Assembly (NCBI GenBank): GCA_049472335.1
Contig: JBLIRO010000010.1
Location: 1-64,000 of the forward strand
Source of the DNA: a bacterium
GTDB taxonomy: Bacteria; SZUA-182; DTGQ01; JAFGSM01
DNA length: 64,000 nucleotides
Reading direction: 5' to 3'
This document shows positions 49,430-58,344 of this stretch, piece after piece. Under the pieces are notes generated by a model, which saw only the letters and a list, made by a program, of their open reading frames with translations, was not told where the DNA came from and did not search any database. Position numbers and translations under genes: made by a program. Each line of letters starts with the position of its first letter. Positions within the stretch are counted from its first letter, which is position 1.

Positions 49430-50062
49430 ATGGAGTTTTATAGAAAGATCATTGTCATATTCCTTGTTTTCCCATCTCTTTCCTGTGCTTGTGCCGGCTT
49501 GAAAAAGTCGGGCGAGAAGATCAGTTTCTACATGTTGGAATATGAGACTCCCAGAAAGCTGAACATACTTGAGCCCTTCCCCCTTGTTATAGGGATCGAA
49601 CATTTTAATGCTGCGAGCGAATATAATACCAATCTTATTGTCTATAGGGACAGGGCATTTAAGAGAAATACATATACTTATCATCGATGGAGGGAAAAAC
49701 CCGAGGATATGGTGACCCATTTTTTATACAGGGACCTTAAGGAATCCGGTTTGTTCAAGACAGTATGCTACTCTGACAACGGAACATCTTCTTCTCATAT
49801 ACTGGGAGGTTCAGTGGATGAATTTTTTCAATGGGATGCCGAAGAGAATTTGAGGGCGGTTTTATTTATCAGTATTGATTTAATGGAGAAAAATAGAAAG
49901 GATACGGATAAAAAGATTCTTTTTTCGGGTACTTATAGCACCTCGAAGGTATGCAGAGAAAGGGATCCCGATGCTGTTGCCAAGGCAATGAGCGAGGCGA
50001 TGAAAGAGGTTTCAGGGAAAATTATTGAGGACCTTTATCATTTTTTAAAGGATCGTTATTGA
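49430..50062 (+). CDS. ABC-type transport auxiliary lipoprotein (PqiC-like)
   Basis: Cys after hydrophobic leader; IVYR...YTYHRWREKPEDMV...SGLF...LGGSVDEF. Confidence 0.75.
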   Translation: MEFYRKIIVIFLVFPSLSCACAGLKKSGEKISFYMLEYETPRKLNILEPFPLVIGIEHFNAASEYNTNLIVYRDRAFKRNTYTYHRWREKPEDMVTHFLYRDLKESGLFKTVCYSDNGTSSSHILGGSVDEFFQWDAEENLRAVLFISIDLMEKNRKDTDKKILFSGTYSTSKVCRERDPDAVAKAMSEAMKEVSGKIIEDLYHFLKDRY

Positions 50063-50112
50063 ATACTGGAAGGGGGTGGTAACTTCTCAAAATCCCGGTG
50101 GGATCTTGAGAA

Positions 50113-50201
50113 GAATTGCAAAATGCAGATTGCAAATTTTAAAATGCAGGATAATGTATTCCTTAAATTTTCATTTTTCATTTTGCAATTTTCATTAATT
50201 G
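50113..50201. repeat. Inverted pair of degenerate heptamer arrays (AAAATGC-like and ATTTTGC-like)
   Basis: aattgc aaaatgc agattgc aaatttt aaaatgc ... attttc atttttc attttgc aattttc att. Confidence 0.6.
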
Positions 50202-50220
50202 CTCTAAAACCACATTTTAT

Positions 50221-52149
50221 TTGAGCGGTTACAGGGGGGGATCTACCTTGGGGATAGTTTTTGATAAATATCTGGCCGCATTGATAATCTTATTGGGTCT
50301 GCTATCATATATAATAGTTACAGGGTTTCGAAAATTTGTCAGCGCCTTTTTTAGATCTCATTCAATTCGTCGTTTAAAAAAGAGGTTGCCGGATTTTACA
50401 CCTCAGGAGATTGAACGTGCCATAAGATATTATATCTGGCCCGAGTGTCAGAGCATTGGTCATGAGCAAAGCCAGGAGGCCATACATACGGTTGCCATTC
50501 GTAAAAGCCTTCGCTCTACTGTGGATAAAATGATCGATCAGGAGACAATCCATAAACACTCCATACTTCTTGCTGATAGCGGGATGGGCAAAACATCTTT
50601 CCTGTTTAATTATTTTGAATATTATTTGAGGCATTGGCGCAGGTCCTTTAGAATAAAACTATTCTCCTTAGATTCTTCCGGCCTTGAGAATAGGATAAAA
50701 TCAATTCCCGCGCCTAAAAATACAGTGTTGTTGTTGGACGGCCTGGATGAAGATGGTCAGGCGGATCAGGATCGTACAGAAAGACTATATGAAATTATCG
50801 AGTGGACAAGGGAGTTTCATCGGGTTATCATTACATGTCAAACGAGGTTTTTCCCGAATGACGCGGAAATATCCCATGAGGAAGAACTTTTTAGATTTAA
50901 GTCTGCCCCGGAAAGAGATGAGCCGAAATTTCCATTTTACAAGCTTTATCTTTCCTCCTTAAGTGGTGAACAGGTTCAATCATATTTGAAGAAACGCTTT
51001 TCAATCTTAAACAAAAAACGCCGTAAATATGCCCATGATATAATCGATAAAATTTCAAATCTCTCTCTACGTCCTATGTTGCTGACTTACATGGATGATC
51101 TTATCAATTCCGGCAAATCATTCAAGAATTGCCATCAGATTTATGCGGAAATAGTCGATGCCTGGTTAAGGCGGGAAAAGAAAGGATTTGCTGATATCAA
51201 TACTCTCCACGAATTTTTATATAAAGTGGCAGTGGAATTTTATGCAAAGCGAAGGAATCTTGGAAGTGAGCGAATGCCATACGATGAGATAGAAGCTATT
51301 GCCAAGCGTTTTAATATCAACCTGAAAAAATGGCCTTTATCCAGCCATTGTTTGCTGGACCGTGATGCAGAGGGAAATTATAAATTCGCCCACAAATCAA
51401 TTGCGGAGTTTTTGTTTGCTCAGCGGATACTGCAAAACGATCCGGAGGCAATTAATATTCCTGTCAAGGACTGGACTGAACAAGTCAAAACCTTTCTCCT
51501 TGAGGGGCTTGAGAAAAGGCCCTGGAGGTTTCCTGTCTATTTTGTGCCTTTTACCAGAAAAAGCTGGCAAATTGGTGAAAAAGGAAAAACTGTGGAGATA
51601 AAACCCTTCGAAATATCTATTTATCCGGTAACCAACCGGGAGTATGAAGAATTTGATCCTTCGCATCGTAATAAACGCAATGAATATTCGGATGAGGATG
51701 ATCAGCCTGTTGTTAATATAACCTGGGAAGAGGCCGATCGATACTGTCGGTGGTTGACTGAAAAAACAGGTGAAAACTATAGATTGCCGCAGGAGATAGA
51801 ATGGGAATTTGTTGCCAGTGGGGGCGGTCAGCGAAAATATCCATGGGGAGATGAAAAACCCAGTAAAGAGCTTGCTAATTATATTGATTCCAAGATTATG
51901 AAGACTAAACCTGTTAACTACTATCCCTTAGGCATGACCCCTGAGGGCTTATTCGGCATGGCCGGCAATGTCTGGGAGTGGTGTGAGGACTGGTATAATA
52001 AAAAACAGAAATTTCGTGTGATTCGGGGCGGTTCATTTTTCGACTTGGAGCACTATTTACATTGTGCTTTTCGTATCGGAGCTGACTGCAACGAATGTAC
52101 TAATTATATAGGTTTTAGGGTTGTCAGGGATGTTCGAAATTTAAGGTAA
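50221..52149 (+). CDS. TM-anchored NACHT-like NTPase fused to a C-terminal SUMF1/FGE-sulfatase domain
   Basis: LADSGMGKT, LLLDGLDE, IITCQ, FAHKSIAEFL; YPVTNREY, QPVVNITW, RLPQEIEWE, MAGNVWEW, RGGSF, IGFRVV. Confidence 0.88.
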   Translation: MSGYRGGSTLGIVFDKYLAALIILLGLLSYIIVTGFRKFVSAFFRSHSIRRLKKRLPDFTPQEIERAIRYYIWPECQSIGHEQSQEAIHTVAIRKSLRSTVDKMIDQETIHKHSILLADSGMGKTSFLFNYFEYYLRHWRRSFRIKLFSLDSSGLENRIKSIPAPKNTVLLLDGLDEDGQADQDRTERLYEIIEWTREFHRVIITCQTRFFPNDAEISHEEELFRFKSAPERDEPKFPFYKLYLSSLSGEQVQSYLKKRFSILNKKRRKYAHDIIDKISNLSLRPMLLTYMDDLINSGKSFKNCHQIYAEIVDAWLRREKKGFADINTLHEFLYKVAVEFYAKRRNLGSERMPYDEIEAIAKRFNINLKKWPLSSHCLLDRDAEGNYKFAHKSIAEFLFAQRILQNDPEAINIPVKDWTEQVKTFLLEGLEKRPWRFPVYFVPFTRKSWQIGEKGKTVEIKPFEISIYPVTNREYEEFDPSHRNKRNEYSDEDDQPVVNITWEEADRYCRWLTEKTGENYRLPQEIEWEFVASGGGQRKYPWGDEKPSKELANYIDSKIMKTKPVNYYPLGMTPEGLFGMAGNVWEWCEDWYNKKQKFRVIRGGSFFDLEHYLHCAFRIGADCNECTNYIGFRVVRDVRNLR

Positions 52150-52156
52150 ATTAAAA

Positions 52157-53521
52157 ATGGAAAGACTTTTCAGGTACATTGATGCAAACAAAGGTGTTTT
52201 TTTAAACGAACTTAAAGAGTTTCTCAGTATCCCAAGTATCAGCGCGCAAAGCGATCATAATGCCGATATTCGTATGTGCGCGAAATGGATCGCTGATCAG
52301 ATGTGTTCAATCGGCATGCATAGTGTGCAGATCTTTGAGACATCGGGTCATCCTGTTGTCTATTGTGAATGGATGGGGGCTCCGGATAGCCCCACAGTCC
52401 TTTTCTACGGTCATTATGATGTCCAGCCGGTAGAACCTTTAAACCTTTGGACTTCTCCACCATTTGAGGCGACTATTCGGGGAAAAGACATTTACGCGAG
52501 GGGATCCGTTGATGATAAGGGGCAGGTCCTTATCCAATTAAAGAGCATTGAAGCATATATGAAAAATTTCGGGAACTTGCCTCTAAATATAAAGATGCTT
52601 ATTGAGGGGGAAGAGGAGATAGGGAGCGTGAATCTTAAGGAATTCCTTAATGAACATAAGGACCTTTTGAAAGCCGATTTTGCTTTGATTTCGGACACCT
52701 CCATGTTTAAAGATGGTATCCCTTCTGTTTGCTATGGCTTGAGAGGGCTTGCCCTTATGGAAATGGAAGTAACCGGTCCTGCCAGCGATTTGCATTCAGG
52801 TTCATTCGGGGGATCCATCCATAATCCTATTCAGGCGCTTTGTGAGATAATAGCAGCTCTTCACGACAAGAATGGAAGGGTCACTATACCGGGCTTTTAT
52901 GAAGATGTCCTGCCTATCAATGACAGGGAAAGAGAGGAATTAAAAGATTTGCCTCACAATGATAAAATATTTGCTGAAGAACTGGGTGTTAAAAAACTTT
53001 ACGGGGAAAAAGGATTTAGTACTTTAGAACGGCTATGGGTGCGTCCTACACTTGAATGCAATGGAATTTGGGGCGGCTATACAGGTGAAGGGGCAAAGAC
53101 AGTCCTGCCATCAAAGGCGTACGCAAAGATGTCCATGAGACTTGTTCCAAATCAGGAACCAGTTAAAATGGCCACGCTCTTTTTAGAATATATAAAACAG
53201 ATTGCACCAGGAACCATTAACCTCGAGATACGTTTCTTTGCCGGTAGTGAGTCGGTTATCACTTCCAAGGATAGCCCATGGATCAGGGCCGTTGTTTCCG
53301 CGCTTGAGAAAGGTTTTGGTTCAAAACCCGTGTATCAGAGGGAAGGTGGTTCCATCCCCGTAGTTGCTCAGTTAAAGAATATATTAAACCTTGATCCTGT
53401 ATTAGTTGGTTTTGGGTTGCCGGATGCTAATGCGCATGCACCTGATGAGCATTTAAACCTGGATAACTTTTTTGGCGGAATACGGACATTGGTCTACTTC
53501 TTTAATGAATTCCAAAGTTAA
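52157..53521 (+). CDS. M20 family dipeptidase
   Basis: YGHYDVQP, ARGSVDDKG, EGEEEIGS, DLHSGSFGG, GGSIP, AHAPDE. Confidence 0.92.
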   Translation: MERLFRYIDANKGVFLNELKEFLSIPSISAQSDHNADIRMCAKWIADQMCSIGMHSVQIFETSGHPVVYCEWMGAPDSPTVLFYGHYDVQPVEPLNLWTSPPFEATIRGKDIYARGSVDDKGQVLIQLKSIEAYMKNFGNLPLNIKMLIEGEEEIGSVNLKEFLNEHKDLLKADFALISDTSMFKDGIPSVCYGLRGLALMEMEVTGPASDLHSGSFGGSIHNPIQALCEIIAALHDKNGRVTIPGFYEDVLPINDREREELKDLPHNDKIFAEELGVKKLYGEKGFSTLERLWVRPTLECNGIWGGYTGEGAKTVLPSKAYAKMSMRLVPNQEPVKMATLFLEYIKQIAPGTINLEIRFFAGSESVITSKDSPWIRAVVSALEKGFGSKPVYQREGGSIPVVAQLKNILNLDPVLVGFGLPDANAHAPDEHLNLDNFFGGIRTLVYFFNEFQS

Positions 53522-53829
53522 TCCTCCGAATCGGGCTTTCAAGTTCATTTGATTAGTATTTGTTGTGTTAACAAAGATAGAATAAATAATGCATACGCAT
53601 TAAACCATGATAAAAGGCCGTTAAGTTAATATAAGGGGTGAATATATGAATTTACCATTCAAAATAATAACAGGTAAAATTATCACTTAAAATTAAATGC
53701 GCAATCCCTTCCAAGGGATCTGACAATATTGAAAGATGAACATTAAAATTATGTATAATCTTTGTTGGCTATAAAACGATAGGTTTGTTTTTTTATTATT
53801 GTTATAGAAAAATATCAAGAAAAATAGGT

Positions 53830-56088
53830 ATGAATATTTTTGCAATAACTGCATTAATTAATACAATTTTCATTGCCATATTAGGCGTTTTTGTTTATAT
53901 AAAAAACAAGACCAACGAGATAAACAGAAAATATGCCTTGTTTTGTTTTTCTTGCGCCTTTTGGACCTTTAATTATTTCTTATGGATGATCTCAAAAAAT
54001 GCCGGGACGGCCCTTTTCTTCATCCGTAGCTTGATGGTCGGAGCTATTTTCATTCCCATATGTTTTTTACATTTTGTCTTAATCCTTTTAGATTTGGTAG
54101 AGCAGAAAAAAAAGATCCTTAAGGTGGGTTATTATATTTTTTTCCTTTTCTTTATTCTGGATTTTACCCCTTATTTTGTGAAAGGGATTGAACAGAAACT
54201 ATCCTTTAATTTTTGGCCCGAACCAGGGGTTACTTTTTTTCCTTTCTTAGTAATATGGATCTGTTATTGTATTTATTCTTGTTATCTTCTTTATAAGGGT
54301 TATCATAAGGCTTCCGGAATAAAACGTAATCAGTTGAGATATGTCTTTTTGGGAATAATAATTGGATATGTCAGTGGTTCAACTAATTATTTTTTATGGT
54401 ACGATATTCCAATAAAACCATACGGAAATTTTTTTGTGCCTTTGTTTGTAGGCATCATGGCTTACGCCATCGTCAAATATCACCTTATGGAGATAAAACT
54501 GGCCATTACCCGGGCAGGAATTTTTTTGATTGTCTATACCCTCGTTTTGGGTATGCCCTTTTGGATTGGTTATCATATAAGAAACGATATTAAATTATGG
54601 TTTATTCCTATTTCGTTCATGTTTTTTTTGGCAACTCCCGGTCCTCTGATATATCGCTATTTTCAAAAAAAAGCGGAAGACCTGCTTTTAGCGAAACAGA
54701 AATTTTATCAAAAAACACTCCTTGAAGCGGGTAAGGGAATAGTAAAGGAACATAATTTAGACAACCTTCTAAAATTTATAACGGATATTTTTAAATTTAC
54801 GGTACAAATTGAATTTGTTGGTATGTTTCTGAAAGATAAAGATGGAGAAAATTATTCATTGAAAAAGATGAGAGGTTATAAAAATTTCCCCAGAAATTTT
54901 ATTTTTTCCAAGAATCATCCTCTTATTAGAATGTTACAGAGAAGAAAAAAATCTCTTATTTATAGTGACATTGAATCCTATATAAAAAAGGCCTTAAATA
55001 AGCCTATTCATTCAATCGTGCCCTTATTTATGGACAATAACCTTTTAGGTTTTCTGGTTCTAGGAGAGAAGATGGATCGCACGTTCTATACCGAAGAAGA
55101 TATTAATGTCTTCGAGATCCTTTCAAGGCAAGCAGTTTTGGCAATTGATCATTGCATATTCATGGAAGAGTTCAGCAAGAAACAAGAAAAGGTTTTTCAG
55201 GCGGAAAAGTTGGCATCGATTGGTGGTATGGCTGATGGCATTGCTCATCAGATGAAAAATCGTCTAAATTTCTTTTCAGTTGCCTCAGGGGAAATAAAGG
55301 ATGAAACGAGCAGTTTTGTGGAAGAGCATGTAGAGCTGGTTGAGAAAAATCCCGACCTGAGATTATATTTTAACTATATCTCTGAAATAGGGGGGGCTAT
55401 GGTTAATAATGTCAGAAAGGCAAACGGAATCTTGGAGGGAATCTTAACTTTTGCCAGAACAGAGGAAAAGGAGGCCTTTTTCTCCTTTTTTTCTTTAAGA
55501 GAAATTATAGATACATCCTTAGGTTTGCTTTTGGTAAAACATCGTATTGGAAGTGGATTCCCTCTGGAAGTCGAGATCAACAATTCTTCCGATTTGATTT
55601 ACGGTGTTAAATCACAGCTATTGGAATGTGTTTATAATATCCTGGATAACTGTTATGAGGCGATTAAAGAAAAGATGGATTTTCATTTAAGCGAGGATGA
55701 AAGAAAAAATTTCACTCCCTGTATTAAATTAAAGCTAGTCGAAAGGGTAAAATCTTTTCATATAGATATCTCTGATAATGGGATTGGGGTTAAAGATGAA
55801 GATAAACATAAGATATTTGCACCCTTTTTTACTACAAAACCATCCGCTAAATCAGGAACGGGAATTGGATTATATATTGTCAAAAGGATTATAGAAGAGA
55901 ACCACCAGGGAAGTATAAGTTTTAGATCCATATATATGAAGGGAACAAGATTTTTGATCGATATCCCTAATAAAGAACGTCCCACAAAAAAGGATGATAC
56001 TAAAGAAATCAAAACAAATTCCCAGGTTTCTCAAAAAAATCAAAAAATAACGACTCTTTCCGTAATATCAAAAGATAAAAAAGAATAG
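53830..56088 (+). CDS. Sensor histidine kinase with N-terminal 7TM region and GAF domain
   Basis: Multi-TM N-terminus, LLGFLVLGEK...YTEED, EKLASIGGMADGIAHQ, ISDNGIG, PFFTTK, GTGIGL. Confidence 0.9.
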   Translation: MNIFAITALINTIFIAILGVFVYIKNKTNEINRKYALFCFSCAFWTFNYFLWMISKNAGTALFFIRSLMVGAIFIPICFLHFVLILLDLVEQKKKILKVGYYIFFLFFILDFTPYFVKGIEQKLSFNFWPEPGVTFFPFLVIWICYCIYSCYLLYKGYHKASGIKRNQLRYVFLGIIIGYVSGSTNYFLWYDIPIKPYGNFFVPLFVGIMAYAIVKYHLMEIKLAITRAGIFLIVYTLVLGMPFWIGYHIRNDIKLWFIPISFMFFLATPGPLIYRYFQKKAEDLLLAKQKFYQKTLLEAGKGIVKEHNLDNLLKFITDIFKFTVQIEFVGMFLKDKDGENYSLKKMRGYKNFPRNFIFSKNHPLIRMLQRRKKSLIYSDIESYIKKALNKPIHSIVPLFMDNNLLGFLVLGEKMDRTFYTEEDINVFEILSRQAVLAIDHCIFMEEFSKKQEKVFQAEKLASIGGMADGIAHQMKNRLNFFSVASGEIKDETSSFVEEHVELVEKNPDLRLYFNYISEIGGAMVNNVRKANGILEGILTFARTEEKEAFFSFFSLREIIDTSLGLLLVKHRIGSGFPLEVEINNSSDLIYGVKSQLLECVYNILDNCYEAIKEKMDFHLSEDERKNFTPCIKLKLVERVKSFHIDISDNGIGVKDEDKHKIFAPFFTTKPSAKSGTGIGLYIVKRIIEENHQGSISFRSIYMKGTRFLIDIPNKERPTKKDDTKEIKTNSQVSQKNQKITTLSVISKDKKE

Positions 56089-56100
56089 TCGCTCAGATAG

Positions 56101-56757
56101 ATGAAAGGTTCCAAGAAATACAGGACAAATAAATGGATTGATATTTCAGTCCCTCTGAAAAGCGGAATGGTCCATTGGCCGGATGATCCTCCCGTAAAAA
56201 TTGAAAGATTGTTCGATCTTGATCAGGGTGACATAAGCAGTGTTTCAATGATTTCCATGTGTTCGCATACAGGCACACATATGGATGCACCGATTCATTT
56301 AATTAAAAATGGGAAAGGTTTGGACGAGATGCCTTTTGATGTTACAGTCGGAGTTGCCCGTGTGATCGAGATATATGATGAGGAATCCATTAGAGCCGAG
56401 GAACTGGTTCACCATCAAATCCGCCAGGGGGAAAGGCTGCTTTTTAAAACCAGGAATTCAATCAAATGCTGGAACACCAGCCAGTTTGTTGAAGATTTCG
56501 TATATATATCACGGGATGCTGCGGAATTTCTGGTTGATCGAAAGATCAGGGTCGCGGGAATAGATTATCTTTCGGTTGATGGAGTTGGAGAACAAGGATT
56601 CAAGACGCACATTACATTACTTAAAGCCGGGATTTGGATCATAGAGGGGCTTGATTTATCAGGAGTAGAACATGGAAGATATCAGCTCATTTGCCTGCCT
56701 CTTAATATAACAAGAGCTGACGGCGCGCCCGCAAGGGCTATTATAAAAAGATTATAG
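56101..56757 (+). CDS. Cyclase family protein (kynurenine formamidase-like)
   Basis: HTGTHMDAP.H, GIDYLSV, IIEGLDL, DGAPARA. Confidence 0.92.
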   Translation: MKGSKKYRTNKWIDISVPLKSGMVHWPDDPPVKIERLFDLDQGDISSVSMISMCSHTGTHMDAPIHLIKNGKGLDEMPFDVTVGVARVIEIYDEESIRAEELVHHQIRQGERLLFKTRNSIKCWNTSQFVEDFVYISRDAAEFLVDRKIRVAGIDYLSVDGVGEQGFKTHITLLKAGIWIIEGLDLSGVEHGRYQLICLPLNITRADGAPARAIIKRL

Positions 56758-56771
56758 AAGAAGAAAAGAGA

Positions 56772-56825
56772 CAAGAAGAAGGCATCTCATCTTTATCAGT
56801 AAAAGTGAGTTGCCTTCTTCTTTAT
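56772..56825. terminator. Hairpin between convergent genes, likely bidirectional terminator
   Basis: AAGAAGAAGGCA.CTCA...TGAG.TGCCTTCTTCTT. Confidence 0.7.
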
Positions 56826-56888
56826 GTAAAAATTTAAAATTTAGTATATATAAAGCTCAAAAAAACAACCGGATAATCGATGAATGAT

Positions 56889-57695
56889 TTATTCTACCGT
56901 AATCTCCACTTCGAAAGTATCTTGAATAGTGGTCTCCCAAGAACGTCTATAGTACATGATAATTTTAGTGGTGCCTTCGTCTTCCGCCTCAAATATCCAC
57001 TGTTCAGATCCTCCGGCTCCGACCATTGTAGTATATCCCTGGAAATACTGGCTGCTTGTCTTTGAAACTATGTCCGTATCGGGTTCATCGGCGTCAAGCA
57101 TCCACATATAACCGGTGGTCGAATTTGATGCCAGGATAATGCTTATGGAGTCTCCCTTATCAACAGTAAAATCATCATTATCGTCGGTCGAATCCAACAT
57201 TAAATCCGCCTGCTGGTAGTTTGGTTGTTGATAATAGTAAGGATATTGCTGATAGTACGGGTATTGTTGGTAAGGATACTGCTGATAGGGATATGGCTGC
57301 TGCTGATAGGGATATGGCTGCTGGTAGTAGGGATATTGCTGAGGATATGGCTGCTGGTAGTAGGGATATTGCTGAGGATATGGCTGCTGGTAGTAAGGAT
57401 ATGGCTGATATCCGCCGTAAGGGTAGCCGCCGCCATACGGATAACCGCCGCCTGGATAATAACCACCGCCATAGGGGTATCCGCCGCCTGGATAATAACC
57501 GCCGCCATAGGGGTATCCGCCGCCTGGGTAGTAACCGCCACCAATATAAGGATTACCGACACCTGGGTAGTAACCTCCGCCGATAGGGGGTCCATAAGGA
57601 TATTGTGCGTGAGAGTTAACCACAAAGAGCGATAAAGACAGGAATACGATCAGTAAACTGAAAAAGAATAAATGGCCTTTTTTTGGGGAAAGCAT
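56889..57695 (-). CDS. Secreted Gly/Tyr/Pro/Gln repeat protein with C-terminal chagasin-like (I42) domain
   Basis: SD GGAGGTGA; signal ending SHA|Q; GGGYYPGGGYPY and YYQQPYPQQYP repeats; SNSTTGYMW, VGAGG, YRRSWE. Confidence 0.88.
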   Translation of the reverse strand: MLSPKKGHLFFFSLLIVFLSLSLFVVNSHAQYPYGPPIGGGYYPGVGNPYIGGGYYPGGGYPYGGGYYPGGGYPYGGGYYPGGGYPYGGGYPYGGYQPYPYYQQPYPQQYPYYQQPYPQQYPYYQQPYPYQQQPYPYQQYPYQQYPYYQQYPYYYQQPNYQQADLMLDSTDDNDDFTVDKGDSISIILASNSTTGYMWMLDADEPDTDIVSKTSSQYFQGYTTMVGAGGSEQWIFEAEDEGTTKIIMYYRRSWETTIQDTFEVEITVE

Positions 57696-57889
57696 CGCTA
57701 TTCACCTCCCGAAAATGATTGTTTATAAAACCTGCTTTTAGTCTAAAACCAAAATATATTTAAACTAAGCCTTTAACACTTAGGTTTTCTTCATTATGCC
57801 AGATTTATTTAACATCCCTCTAAATTTCAGCCGGCCAAGATAAAGAATTACATTAAATATTATAACATAAATGACAAATTTTATGCCAA

Positions 57890-57919
57890 TATAGACGATA
57901 AAATTCGTTTAAAATTATG
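57890..57919 (-). promoter_or_regulatory. Candidate ECF-sigma-like promoter, CATAA-N17-CGTCTATA
   Basis: Matches the sites at 751 and 33886; about 195 bp upstream of 56889-57695. Confidence 0.45.
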
Positions 57920-58344
57920 TATACAGAGGATTCCCATACTGAAAAATATTCAGATGGGGTTATTTGTCTATAAAGAGGATTCAAAACAAAATAAAATTAT
58001 AATATCAAGGTAAATAAGGTTTGACCCGGGGCTGATTACTATTTAAAATATAAATATATTATAGGAATTTTGGTCACTTTAATTTAAGGGGTAATACAGG
58101 GAGAAAATCGATGGTTTTATATATTTTTTCCTGTAAAAGTTGTATTTATAATATGCCTCGAATAATTCGTAACTTTTTGAAAAATGGATTAGTCTTATAT
58201 ATTATAATTAATCATATCAAAGATAAGGAAATTAGTAAGATTCAGGATCTGTCACGAGGAGGTGAATGCATGGAGAGTAAAAGTGTGTATGATTAATTAA
58301 TCTTTAACAACTTTTGTATTTATCGAAATAAAAGGGAGGTTTTT

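Noticed and set aside
52020..52125. Complete diversity-generating retroelement
   Set aside because: No template repeat, reverse transcriptase or avd gene seen in the window.
57200..57635. Alternative repeat ORFs over the chagasin-tract gene
   Set aside because: Other-frame readings of the same tandem repeats; only 56889-57695 has SD, signal peptide and a recognisable domain.
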